Below are positions 15,997-25,709 of a stretch of DNA of 33,041 nucleotides, in pieces (positions within the stretch are counted from its first letter, which is position 1; each line of letters opens with the position of its first letter). The DNA is taken from IMG/VR virus record IMGVR_UViG_3300014613_000064, positions 1 to 33,041 of that record; one strand, given 5' to 3'. Made by a program: the position numbers and the translations under genes. The DNA comes from a virus (Duplodnaviria > Caudoviricetes). The notes under the pieces were generated by a model. It was not told the DNA's origin and ran no database searches. It was given only the letters and a program-made list of their open reading frames with translations.

Positions 15997-17517
15997 TTAT
16001 TTTATTTGTAAAAATCCAGATTTAATATCTTTATCGTTTACCATATACATATAATCTTTATCGAGAACTTTTGTTTCTAGAAATATTGATCTACCCCAAA
16101 GATTGTAAATATGTTTCATTGTTTCTGTTGCATATAATGAATTTAAATCAATATTTTGCCATTTATGGTTTAATATTAAATCTCCTTTGTTATTACCATT
16201 ACCATTGGTGATTTCTATTTGTGGAATACCACTATGGGAAAAACTACTTATAATTATTTGTGCCATTTCTTTTGCTTCATGCCCAGTAATAATCCATTCA
16301 TTTTTTTCCCAATCTTCTTGTTTTACATACACATATAGTTTTAATTCATTTATTAGTTTAGGTGTTAGAAAATTTTGAAAAAAGAACCAATCAGTATATG
16401 AGTCTAAAATTTCAAACATTTTCTTCCTGCCATTCATTTCTTTGGTATCCCAATTTTTTTTCAAATTATAATTTTCACAGTTATCATATTCAAATCCATA
16501 CTTGCCTTTATCCCATCTATCAACAATATCTTTCCACATTGCATTTCCTATATTGTAAGGATTCAAAGATATGGGATTCATTGCTTGTACAAGTGAATTT
16601 GAATAGTTATATTGCGAATGTTCACTTGTAGTTAAGTCGCCTTCTTCAAATAATTCGTTCATTATAATTTCGTGGAAATAGGTGGCAAAACCTTCATTCA
16701 TAAACCTGGTTCTCATTGTTGGCCAATAATGTTGTCCTTCCACTCTCAAGGCTTCCAGAATATCTTTATGCCATTCAGTTAATACAGAAGAATTATCAAT
16801 TATGTATCTCAATAAATCTTCTGTTGGTTCTACAGGTGTTTTTAGTTCCAATGATTTTAATAATTTTTGGTTATATAGGTGCATATCTTCGCCATATTCT
16901 TGTTTTATATTACCCACATCGGATATATCACCGAAATCTGATACTGGTTTATCAATGGTTTTTCTTCTTTTTTGTTCATATACCCTTTTTCTTCTGTCTG
17001 TTTCTGTTTCTGAACTTTCAAAAGGAGAAGAATGGAATTGAATTGAATGGCCGGCATCTATAATTTTTTCAACTTCATTAATACCATAGAGTTTTTCATA
17101 TTTCTCTATCCGTTTAGATACATCCAACATATAATCCAAGATATCACCACGAGTTCTTTCGTGGTGTTTATTCATTGTATGGAATGCGGCGTGACCATAA
17201 ACATGTGCCATAACAAGTGCTTGTACGGCAAGTGTATTTGAGTTCATTAAATATGCCCTGGCAGGATCAGAATTTATAACAACTTCATATGGAAGTCCGG
17301 CGTCCATATGTTCATAAATTGTTCTTTGCCTTTCATAATCTCTGCCATATTTCCAATTATTTACATTAGTTGGAAGTCTATAGGCCATTATTTCCATCAT
17401 TTTTTGTGGAGGTACTACATCGAACTCCACCTGATGAAATTCTAATCCGTGTTTTTTAGCAATTTTTACAATCCTACCTTCAATTTTTATTAATCGTTGG
17501 AGTTCTTGTTTGGTCAT
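15997..17517 (-). CDS. spoVR: SpoVR / YcgB family protein
   Basis: WKYGRDY, LPYEVVINSDPARAYLM..NTL..QALVMAHVYGH, TRFMNEGFATYFH, LNPYNIG motifs. Confidence 0.93.
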   Translation of the reverse strand: MTKQELQRLIKIEGRIVKIAKKHGLEFHQVEFDVVPPQKMMEIMAYRLPTNVNNWKYGRDYERQRTIYEHMDAGLPYEVVINSDPARAYLMNSNTLAVQALVMAHVYGHAAFHTMNKHHERTRGDILDYMLDVSKRIEKYEKLYGINEVEKIIDAGHSIQFHSSPFESSETETDRRKRVYEQKRRKTIDKPVSDFGDISDVGNIKQEYGEDMHLYNQKLLKSLELKTPVEPTEDLLRYIIDNSSVLTEWHKDILEALRVEGQHYWPTMRTRFMNEGFATYFHEIIMNELFEEGDLTTSEHSQYNYSNSLVQAMNPISLNPYNIGNAMWKDIVDRWDKGKYGFEYDNCENYNLKKNWDTKEMNGRKKMFEILDSYTDWFFFQNFLTPKLINELKLYVYVKQEDWEKNEWIITGHEAKEMAQIIISSFSHSGIPQIEITNGNGNNKGDLILNHKWQNIDLNSLYATETMKHIYNLWGRSIFLETKVLDKDYMYMVNDKDIKSGFLQIK

Positions 17518-18452
17518 TATTCAATCCTTTCTATTTTACATTTCATATCATTATATCCACAACCATCCTTCTTATGGATTTCCTTGTGACAATCCGAACA
17601 AACCGTTATACAAGCATCTATATCGGCCGATTCTAATGGATTCCACCTAATTCCTTCCACATGGTGACAATGTAATGACTCATTAGACCTACACTTAATA
17701 CATTTATAACCATCTCGTTTGAACACCATTTTCCTAAGCTCAGGTTGGACTTCACGATTTAACTCTAACCAGGGTAGTCTTCCAATCTTTACAGCATCTT
17801 CCTTTATCAACTGTTCCGGTGATTTATTCCATATAGGACAATTATGGCGGCATCCATCAGAACAATAAAATCTACATTCACCTGACATTTTTCCTTCTGT
17901 TGATTGTATTCTATTCCATACTTTTGATAAGGTTGGTATAAACCATTTTCCACACCAGGTACATTTTACTTCCAATATATTTGGATCTTCTTGGTTCCTT
18001 TTGACAGGTTCAAAATAACCAATTTTATCTTTATAAACATTATATGCTGGTATATTTTTTTTGGCGTATCCTCCGTTATAAGATGGATTATTTTTACCTG
18101 ATAGTTTTAGACTTAATTTTTTCTTAACATCAAGTCTTTTAGATGGATTTTTATCACCTTTCATCATTTCACTTCTTCTTTTTCTAACTTCTGGCCTTTT
18201 ATTATAATTTTTATTACCTGTTATATCAGGCCTTTTCTTACCATACATTGGATTATTTTTACCAGAATTTTGACAGAAAATATTACAATATAAACCTTTA
18301 ACTTGTATATTAGCTAAAAATGGATCACCACAATTTTTACAAGAATTTTTCAATATAAATGTTTGTGTTATTTTACCGTTTTTTCGTTTATACCATTTCT
18401 TTTTTATTTGATTATATTCCAATTCTAATATTTTATTATCTGTTAACTTCAT
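17517..18452 (-). CDS. Cys-rich HNH endonuclease inserted between yeaH and spoVR
   Basis: EVKCTWCGKWF, FYCSDGC..NCP, RDGYKCIKC..LHCHH..CITVCSDCHKEIH; overlaps both neighbours. Confidence 0.88.
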   Translation of the reverse strand: MKLTDNKILELEYNQIKKKWYKRKNGKITQTFILKNSCKNCGDPFLANIQVKGLYCNIFCQNSGKNNPMYGKKRPDITGNKNYNKRPEVRKRRSEMMKGDKNPSKRLDVKKKLSLKLSGKNNPSYNGGYAKKNIPAYNVYKDKIGYFEPVKRNQEDPNILEVKCTWCGKWFIPTLSKVWNRIQSTEGKMSGECRFYCSDGCRHNCPIWNKSPEQLIKEDAVKIGRLPWLELNREVQPELRKMVFKRDGYKCIKCRSNESLHCHHVEGIRWNPLESADIDACITVCSDCHKEIHKKDGCGYNDMKCKIERIE

Positions 18453-19750
18453 ATTATACTTTTTTTAGTTGGTTCAAAAAGAAAATGACGAAGGGACGGC
18501 CATATATGTTTTTTATCTTTTATTACTGATATCAGAAACCTATTTTCATCATTTCTTAAAAATATAGTATCGTCAAGGTTGGTTTTTTTAAATTTCCAGT
18601 TATTTACGATATCTTGTAATAATGTTCTGTTACCAAAAAATCCATCTTCTATAAGAATTTCACTATATCCTAACATATTGATTTTTTTATCTAGCATGGT
18701 TTTGATACTTATACATGTTTTCGGAGAATCAAAATCTTCACCATCGGAAATATACATACAGTAAATATTCCATTCACTTATAGGATATTCATTTTCAATT
18801 AAATTATTTGCTAAATCAAATGCTGTATGGCAGTATGTTCCACCACTTTCTCCTCTGTTAAAAAATGTTTCTTCATCGACAATACTAGCTTCTGTTGTAT
18901 GTTGAATAAAACGAATTTCCACATTTTCATATACTTTATGTAAAAATTCTTTCATCCAGAATAACATTGATCTAGCTAAATATTTTTTCTCTCTTGTCAT
19001 TGATCCTGAAGTATCCATCATGGCAATAACAACGGCATTACTATGTGTTTCCGTGGCCCTATCTATTTGTTTATACCTTAAATCATCATCGTCAATAACA
19101 TAATAACTTTCATCAATTGTTAGCTTATTTCCTTTTATAATTGAAATGGCTTCATTAATATCGTTATTAGATTGTGTAAGGGCACGTTTGGCATTTTCTT
19201 CATTACAATCAGTTTCGTTCATAACCACATACATATAAGCTATATTTCTTTTTATAGCTTCCATCATTGTTTTCTTTTTGTGTATCCTTGGAAATATACC
19301 TTTTTTAGAAATGGTTTCAAATTTCCAGCCTTTAGGTATGAGTTGCATGGCTTTGGATTTTTCTTCTATCCATGGAAGACCCAAATCTTCAAACATGATT
19401 TTTATAAGGTAGTCAATATCAACTTCCGTCTCCATATAAAATTCACCTTTTTCATTACCAGGTTTACCAGGTTTACCATTTTTATCTTTAGAACTGATTA
19501 TATCTCCTTCTTTTCCATCGCCTTGCCCAATACCACCATTTGATTTATTTCCATAAGTAAACCTATAATCCTTTAATCCCTTAACAGGCACACGGACTTT
19601 CCTGCCTTTTTTACTTGTTATAATTGATTCTTCTGCAATGACGTCCCTAACATTCTTACGGATAGCATCATCTATTTTATCACGATGGCGTTGAGCATCT
19701 TTTATACCTCGTCCGCTTAAACCCCAATCACGGTGGTCAATAATTGCCAT
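18449..19750 (-). CDS. yeaH: YeaH / YhbH (DUF444) vWA-domain protein
   Basis: D..RH..K, Gly-rich GQGDGKEGD, FEDLGLP, DDLRYK, AVVIAMMDTSGSM (MIDAS), ESGGT, ISDGED. Confidence 0.92.
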   Translation of the reverse strand: MAIIDHRDWGLSGRGIKDAQRHRDKIDDAIRKNVRDVIAEESIITSKKGRKVRVPVKGLKDYRFTYGNKSNGGIGQGDGKEGDIISSKDKNGKPGKPGNEKGEFYMETEVDIDYLIKIMFEDLGLPWIEEKSKAMQLIPKGWKFETISKKGIFPRIHKKKTMMEAIKRNIAYMYVVMNETDCNEENAKRALTQSNNDINEAISIIKGNKLTIDESYYVIDDDDLRYKQIDRATETHSNAVVIAMMDTSGSMTREKKYLARSMLFWMKEFLHKVYENVEIRFIQHTTEASIVDEETFFNRGESGGTYCHTAFDLANNLIENEYPISEWNIYCMYISDGEDFDSPKTCISIKTMLDKKINMLGYSEILIEDGFFGNRTLLQDIVNNWKFKKTNLDDTIFLRNDENRFLISVIKDKKHIWPSLRHFLFEPTKKSII

Positions 19751-20023
19751 TTATTCCATCCTTTCATCTTCTTCTATAAATTCAAATATAGCTTTTACTG
19801 TATTATCAATATTAGTATATTCTTTAATTTCAAAAATTTCCATAGACATGTGTTCTCCAATATAAGTAGTAATATCTTCCCATGTATAATCTTCTTGATA
19901 AAGTTGTTTAAATCCAAAAAAAGTGGTTCTCATATCTGTAATAAAATATTTTTTCTTTTGAATTGTATAATAAGTATCTTCTTCCGTTTCACCTGGAATT
20001 TTAAGTATTCTATAATTACTCAT
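19751..20023 (-). CDS. hypothetical protein
   Basis: 90-aa ORF with AAGGA RBS, abutting the yeaH start. Confidence 0.6.
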   Translation of the reverse strand: MSNYRILKIPGETEEDTYYTIQKKKYFITDMRTTFFGFKQLYQEDYTWEDITTYIGEHMSMEIFEIKEYTNIDNTVKAIFEFIEEDERME

Positions 20024-20102
20024 AATTTTTCCTTTATAATTTATATATTGTTATATTTGGAACCACTTCTGAAATTATTTTTATTTATTTTTATAGGAAT
20101 TA

Positions 20103-20753
20103 TTATACTAAAATTTGTGAGGTTTGTAAACATAGTATTTTAGTAAATAAGTCTTCAAAAAGGTGTTCTTTATTGTTTACCATTGTTTGATGGCATTTTT
20201 TACAAAGAGTTATGCCATTAGAAACCTCAAAAACTAATTCTGGATATTTACTGAACATTTTTATATGGTGAGCTTCTAGTTTATAACCTTTTTGTCCGCA
20301 AAAATTACAAGTCCAATTATCTCTCTTAAAAACTGATTTTCTCCATTCTTTATATTCTTTACTGTCATAAATTTTTTTCTTTTCTGTTCTGTGTCCACCT
20401 TTCCAATTAGAATTTAAAGGACCAACTCTCTTTTTCATCCGTTCACTCATTCTTTTTTTTTCTTCTTCTGAATGGACAGGTATGCCTTTCTTTGTATTAC
20501 TTATTTTCTTTGCTGTTTCTTCTGATATACCATATATTGAGTTTTTATATTTTACATTACATGATAAGGAACAACAAATATTTTTATTACCAGTGGAGAA
20601 TAGGTATTCATTTCCACATACTTTACAGAAATTTTCACTCATTTCATAAGAATTTGTGTTGATTCTTTTACCGTGTTTGTACTTATCTTTATACCATTTA
20701 CCCGTTTTACTATTAAACCTTAAACACTCTATATTATCCCAACATATTACCAC
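20103..20753 (-). CDS. HNH endonuclease (ICWDN N-terminus, NUMOD3, McrA-like HNH)
   Basis: MVICWDNIECLRF; EYKEWRKSVFKRDNWTCNFCG..LEAHHI..NGITLCKKCH; GTG start with GGAGG. Confidence 0.88.
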   Translation of the reverse strand: MVICWDNIECLRFNSKTGKWYKDKYKHGKRINTNSYEMSENFCKVCGNEYLFSTGNKNICCSLSCNVKYKNSIYGISEETAKKISNTKKGIPVHSEEEKKRMSERMKKRVGPLNSNWKGGHRTEKKKIYDSKEYKEWRKSVFKRDNWTCNFCGQKGYKLEAHHIKMFSKYPELVFEVSNGITLCKKCHQTMVNNKEHLFEDLFTKILCLQTSQILV

Positions 20754-20796
20754 AAAAAAATACCTCCAGATTTTTTTCTTTCTGGAGGTATTTATG
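20754..20796 (-). promoter_or_regulatory. RBS-sequestering hairpin / terminator overlapped by late promoter variant CATAAATA
   Basis: 13-bp inverted repeat 20758-20770 / 20781-20793 containing GGAGG; U7 tract follows; CATAAATA at 20789-20796. Confidence 0.75.
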
Positions 20797-20827
20797 TTTA
20801 TCAGCTATTCTTTTGAACTTCCTATTC

Positions 20828-23800
20828 TTAACCTTCTCGGCGCAGGACTTCACCTATAAAGGTAAGTAATATATTAGCACAGTGTTTACAATAACCCTTA
20901 TCATTTATAAGGGTATTTAGTGCGCCGTTTCTTTTCTCTTGTGCTTTTGGGTTTGTTGTGGTTGTATCACCTATAGAAAGACTAACTACATTTTTAAGGT
21001 CTTTCATAAGTTTTTTTTCAATTGCATCTCTAATAGGATCATAACTTTTATAATCAAATGTTCCGCCATTTCTTAAAACGCTGGATTCATGGACAAAGAT
21101 TTCTCTCCTGAACATTTCCTTGGAATTCTCAGGAACTTGAATCCTTTCTTCAATGGACCTCATTAGTTTTTCATCAGGAGGGCCATCTTCTCCTGTTATA
21201 CTATCTATTATTCTATCTTTCCTACAAAACGCATCGGCATTTATCATATATCTAGAAAATAAAGCCTGGGCTTGATCTTCATAGGCATATAAAAATGCCA
21301 TGTTTACTTCTTTTTTAGCTATTTCTTTAAATTCTTTGGCAACAGAATCTTTATCACCTTCCAACATATTGATTGCACTCGTTATATCTTCTTCACTTAT
21401 TCCAATGTGATGATCAAAATTTTGTTTTAGTGATCTTATTGTATCAATTGGATTGATACAATTTTTATCTTCCTTTGACGCAAAGGCTACATTTAGTGCA
21501 TTGATAACAAATCTTGGAGAAATACCAAACATACCTTCTCCATTTTTTCTTCCTTCTTCTATAAGACTTTTAATATCCATTTCTTGTTTTTTGAAACTTT
21601 CGGTCATTTCACCATTATAAAGTTTCATTTTTTCTATAAGTGATGTGACTCTCGGTGACGCTGTTAATCTCGTTAAAATTGCAAATTGTGCCGCAATTTT
21701 TAGAGTATGAGGCGCTATATGGATTCCTTTAAAATCAGATTCTCTAATCATTTTTTCATAAATTTTAATTTCATCATCCACTCTTAAATTATAAGGAACC
21801 TTACATTTATACATACGGTCATGTATGGCTTCGTTATCCTTGTTTGATTTGAATTTATCAAATTCACTTTGGTTAGTATGTGAAAGAATAACTTCATCAA
21901 CATATACTTGTGGAAAACCAGGGGATTTAATAACTTGTTCCTGTGCCGCAGAAATAAGAACATATAGAAATTTTGTATCGGCTTTTAGAATTTCAACATA
22001 TTCAACTAAACCACCATTAGCTACATGCATCTCTCCATTAAATTCAAATGCCCTTGGATCCGTTTCACCCCATCTAGCACTTTTTGTCATATTTACACGG
22101 CCAATAAGTTCTGTTATGTCCTGACTATTATGATTAACAAAACCATTTGCACAAAACGAATGTGTTCCTGGAACCGTTAAATCATAAACTTGGTCGGGTT
22201 CCTGTAATTCAATATTTTCAACTTTTAAAAATATAAGATTACCATCCGCATATGATTTAAGAGTTTCTAGTGATTCATCAAAACCAATAAATTTCGATGC
22301 TACATCAACAAATTCCAAAACAGTAGATTTTCTTGGATTTCTTGACCATGAATCAGAATATGATTTATACCTCTCAAATTTTATAAGGTCTTTAATTTTA
22401 TATATAGGACCATGAACATCTTTTATTTTACCAAATATATCAGAAAATAAAGGTTGTATATTCGGCACACTATCCCAATTACTATGATAACGCTTACTAA
22501 TAAATTCTCCATCATCGGTTTTTTTATTTTTTAAAGATGGTATTAATTCAAGTACATCAAGTACATCATCACCAGTAACAATAACTGAATAACAAGTAAA
22601 TTTTTTATCTATGATTTTTTTCTTTAACGCAGAAACAATGCCAAAATTCATTAACATCATTTGAACTTGTTTTGCTAATGTTATTGAGGCAGAATCGTAT
22701 TTAAATCTATTACTCTTTAATGTGTGTCTGGAAGATATTGTACCATCGCCCCAAAATAATCCTTCTAAGAAACTTAATATATTTTCCTTGGTTGAGGTTC
22801 TTATAATTTTTGGAATGTCCTTATTATAAGCACCTTTTTTAATACCACACACATTTAGTAACCATGATGAAAGTTTTGATGACCAATTACATACTGATAT
22901 ATAATCATTACCTCTATTATAATTATATGTATCAATGGAAAAGGTTTCTTTGAAACATTGATTAAAATCATTTATAATATCCATATTTTTATTACCGAAG
23001 TAATAAGCCTTTTCACCAATTGAACCTTCAGATACCATATAACCTAAGAGTTTTGATAATTTTGGTGTTAAAATACTTGGGAATGTAATATTCTTATTTT
23101 TACCTCTACTTTCAGGACCATTATATACAAATTCAGGTAGGTCAATTTTATTACCAAACAACTTTTGTCTTCTTTGTAAAACAACAACATCTTCAATTTC
23201 AATATCTTTTGTTTCTTTCCATTCTAATTTACCATCAATCATTGTAAGTAATGGATGGACGGGAGTTGCGGATATATCATATCCAAGTTTTGTTTTAATA
23301 TTGATGATTTCTTGTATTCCATTATTATAGAAATGTGATGTTAATTCATTACCATTGGTACCAGATATACCAATTTCCAGCGGAACAAATTCATCATTGT
23401 CGGATTGTGCTGTTTCTTGTAATTCTTCAAATGTAAGCATTCCTTCGTTTGAAAATAAATATGTATCCCATTTAACACATTTCGGGTCGCTCGGTTGAAA
23501 GGTCCCTATACCTTTCCGTTTTTGCTCTGAGAATATAAAGGATTCTACAGGAACATTTTCCCAAGCTATAATACCTTCCTTATTAGTGTATTCAACATCA
23601 ATCATTCTCTGGCATACAGGACAAAGTGTTCCTTCAATTCTTACCTTCAATTTATCTTCCCAAAAAGATCTATCAATATCAGGAATAAGATGTAATGGTT
23701 CTTCATGTAAAGGACAGCCAGTAATTGTAAATTTAGGTGTATTATCCATCTCCAACCCTTTTTTGATAAGAGACGCAATTGAACTTTTGCCTGAGGCCAC

Positions 23801-24136
23801 AGGACCAACCATAATAAAAATTCTTTTACCGGTTTCAGTTCGTCTGGCCGATGCTTTAAGAAATCTCATAAGGTCATGTATGGCTTCGAGTGTGCCATAA
23901 ATCTTTTCATTAAAAAAGTTATAACTTACGAGGTCATCATACCCCTTCGTTTTTAATGAAGTATTAACAGGTTTAGTACCATGTTTCATAATCATATTAT
24001 ATATACGACCAGGTGCAAATGTTGCAATTTCGGGATTTTCTTTAACCTTATAAAGATAATCAATCATTGTTCCTGACCATAAATTTAATTCTTTGCCTTC
24101 TTTTTGTTTTGTTATTACATCAAAAAAATTTTCCAT
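20828..24136 (-). CDS. prkA: PrkA / YeaG AAA+ serine kinase-family protein with an intein (about 651 aa after splicing)
   Basis: Walker A GPVASGKS, CPLHEEPLHLIP, GTFQPSDPK|SQDITELIG, DPRAFEFNGE..ANGG, AHTN-equivalent SHTNQSEF, GISPRF. Confidence 0.93.
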   Translation of the reverse strand: MENFFDVITKQKEGKELNLWSGTMIDYLYKVKENPEIATFAPGRIYNMIMKHGTKPVNTSLKTKGYDDLVSYNFFNEKIYGTLEAIHDLMRFLKASARRTETGKRIFIMVGPVASGKSSIASLIKKGLEMDNTPKFTITGCPLHEEPLHLIPDIDRSFWEDKLKVRIEGTLCPVCQRMIDVEYTNKEGIIAWENVPVESFIFSEQKRKGIGTFQPSDPKCVKWDTYLFSNEGMLTFEELQETAQSDNDEFVPLEIGISGTNGNELTSHFYNNGIQEIINIKTKLGYDISATPVHPLLTMIDGKLEWKETKDIEIEDVVVLQRRQKLFGNKIDLPEFVYNGPESRGKNKNITFPSILTPKLSKLLGYMVSEGSIGEKAYYFGNKNMDIINDFNQCFKETFSIDTYNYNRGNDYISVCNWSSKLSSWLLNVCGIKKGAYNKDIPKIIRTSTKENILSFLEGLFWGDGTISSRHTLKSNRFKYDSASITLAKQVQMMLMNFGIVSALKKKIIDKKFTCYSVIVTGDDVLDVLELIPSLKNKKTDDGEFISKRYHSNWDSVPNIQPLFSDIFGKIKDVHGPIYKIKDLIKFERYKSYSDSWSRNPRKSTVLEFVDVASKFIGFDESLETLKSYADGNLIFLKVENIELQEPDQVYDLTVPGTHSFCANGFVNHNSQDITELIGRVNMTKSARWGETDPRAFEFNGEMHVANGGLVEYVEILKADTKFLYVLISAAQEQVIKSPGFPQVYVDEVILSHTNQSEFDKFKSNKDNEAIHDRMYKCKVPYNLRVDDEIKIYEKMIRESDFKGIHIAPHTLKIAAQFAILTRLTASPRVTSLIEKMKLYNGEMTESFKKQEMDIKSLIEEGRKNGEGMFGISPRFVINALNVAFASKEDKNCINPIDTIRSLKQNFDHHIGISEEDITSAINMLEGDKDSVAKEFKEIAKKEVNMAFLYAYEDQAQALFSRYMINADAFCRKDRIIDSITGEDGPPDEKLMRSIEERIQVPENSKEMFRREIFVHESSVLRNGGTFDYKSYDPIRDAIEKKLMKDLKNVVSLSIGDTTTTNPKAQEKRNGALNTLINDKGYCKHCANILLTFIGEVLRREG
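22127..23479 (-). mobile_element. 451-aa intein with LAGLIDADG endonuclease inside prkA
   Basis: Cys1 CVKWDT, block B ATPVHP, LLGYMVSEGS and FLEGLFWGDGT motifs, VYDLTVPGTHSFCANGFVNHN|Ser. Confidence 0.93.
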
Positions 24137-24139
24137 TGA

Positions 24140-24592
24140 TTAATTCCTTTCTAATAATTTTTGGGCTCCATCTTTATTGATAATACTTAATATACTTTCT
24201 CTATCGGTTATTAACAATGTGTTTCTACCTGTTTTTTTATTTTCTAATAATTTTATTTTCTCTTTCTGTAATAATAACATTTTTTTTCTTATATGTAAAT
24301 ATTTTTTATAGTTTTCGCTTGTTAATATTTCCTTACTTGAGTTGGTAACAGTGTTTATAAGCTGTCCTGCCACTTCAACTAATCTGGCGGAGAAATTACC
24401 ATTTAATAGTTCTTCTTCTACTTGGTCCAACATTCTATTGGCTCTATCTATATTATCTATAAGGATTTTATTAGGATCTTCTGAATCTTCAAATTCGCTT
24501 TCAAATGTTTCTTCTGGTCCCAATACTTCAATCCTATTGGTGGGATCTAAATTGAACTCCTCCGATAATGTGTCTCTATCTATATCCGACAT
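24140..24592 (-). CDS. gp16: terminase small subunit, T4 gp16-like
   Basis: SARLVEVAGQLINTV matches the gp16 SPRxxEV.xQL helix; 150 aa; C-terminal NTLLITDRESIL. Confidence 0.72.
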   Translation of the reverse strand: MSDIDRDTLSEEFNLDPTNRIEVLGPEETFESEFEDSEDPNKILIDNIDRANRMLDQVEEELLNGNFSARLVEVAGQLINTVTNSSKEILTSENYKKYLHIRKKMLLLQKEKIKLLENKKTGRNTLLITDRESILSIINKDGAQKLLERN

Positions 24593-24638
24593 AATTTCTC
24601 CACTAAACTTCTTATATTTTATAATTACATATTATTTT

Positions 24639-24662
24639 TATTTATATGTAAACTTATTTATA
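24639..24662 (-). promoter_or_regulatory. two TATAAATA late-promoter consensus boxes (24639-24646, 24655-24662) upstream of gp16
   Basis: Exact matches; very AT-rich context lowers specificity. Confidence 0.5.
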
Positions 24663-25622
24663 GGAATGGAACCATATATTTGTGTGATTGGATTTTTTTT
24701 CTTCTTCTTTTATATTTTGTAAATTTAAAATGAATACCTTAACTCCGGCATTTGGGACAGCAAGAACTTTACCCAATTTCATTTGTTCCATAACCCACTT
24801 ATGGTTCATAGGTTCTCTATTTTTAATTTTATTTTTTTCTATCCAATAATTAATAAACCCACCTTCTGAATAACATTTAAATTCAAACCCTAATTTATCC
24901 ATACTACCACCTAAGTTATGATCATAATCGGAATAGAATTTCAAATAATCCACCTTAACAATATTTTTACCTATTTTAATTCTTCTATGGTTCTTTATAA
25001 AATGTTTAAGTAATTTAGATGAACCACCCATAACATAGGAAAATTTTATAGTGCCAACTCTAATAACTTCTACGATATTATCTTCCTTACCAAAAAAATT
25101 TTTACCAAATGTATATAACATTAATAATGCACCGCCATGTAAACCATTTTTATTTTTTTTCAAACGTAAACCCAAATTTAAACTTGCACCTCTTTTTCCA
25201 TAAAAACAATTCACTTCTTCAAATGATCTGGCCTCTTGATTATTAACTTCTACCACTACACAATCTCTAGCATAAAACTTATTGGGTGTTTTGTGTGCCG
25301 CATGTAATATATAAGACTTTAGAACATCCTTTTTTTTAGGATCATTCCATTCAAAATCTTTAATCCATAGTTTGAATGAATTATTTTGTTCCGCCTCATA
25401 ACTTAAATCAAAAAAATGTTTTTTATTTACACCTTCAATATTGTATTTAGGATATGAAATTGGATATTTTTCTGACGGAACATATTCTATTTCATATTTA
25501 CGTTTTCCACCTGGGTTATTATACCATAGACAAAAATTTGATAATTCGGTGCTATAATCTATATCATTTTCATCCAAGAAATTTCTAATTTCTTCTAAAT
25601 TTTTTTCATGTTTTATATTCAT
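24654..25622 (-). CDS. Hef-like protein (degenerate nuclease plus GNAT/Mom-like C-terminal domain)
   Basis: KFYARDC..EARSFEEVNC.YG, LYTFG, EVIRVGT..VMGGSSKLLKHF, FYSDY..GGSM.KLGF; lacks the EYxGxxWH motif of its neighbour. Confidence 0.65.
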   Translation of the reverse strand: MNIKHEKNLEEIRNFLDENDIDYSTELSNFCLWYNNPGGKRKYEIEYVPSEKYPISYPKYNIEGVNKKHFFDLSYEAEQNNSFKLWIKDFEWNDPKKKDVLKSYILHAAHKTPNKFYARDCVVVEVNNQEARSFEEVNCFYGKRGASLNLGLRLKKNKNGLHGGALLMLYTFGKNFFGKEDNIVEVIRVGTIKFSYVMGGSSKLLKHFIKNHRRIKIGKNIVKVDYLKFYSDYDHNLGGSMDKLGFEFKCYSEGGFINYWIEKNKIKNREPMNHKWVMEQMKLGKVLAVPNAGVKVFILNLQNIKEEEKKSNHTNIWFHSYK

Positions 25623-25695
25623 ATTAGGTATGGTACTATATTTTCAGGTATTTGTAAATTATTTATTTTATATTTACAAATTATATGTTTTATGA

Positions 25696-25703
25696 TATAA
25701 ATA
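25696..25703 (+). promoter_or_regulatory. T4-type late promoter TATAAATA
   Basis: Exact consensus 6 nt before the ORF-track ATG at 25710. Confidence 0.5.
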
Positions 25704-25709
25704 GGCTTA

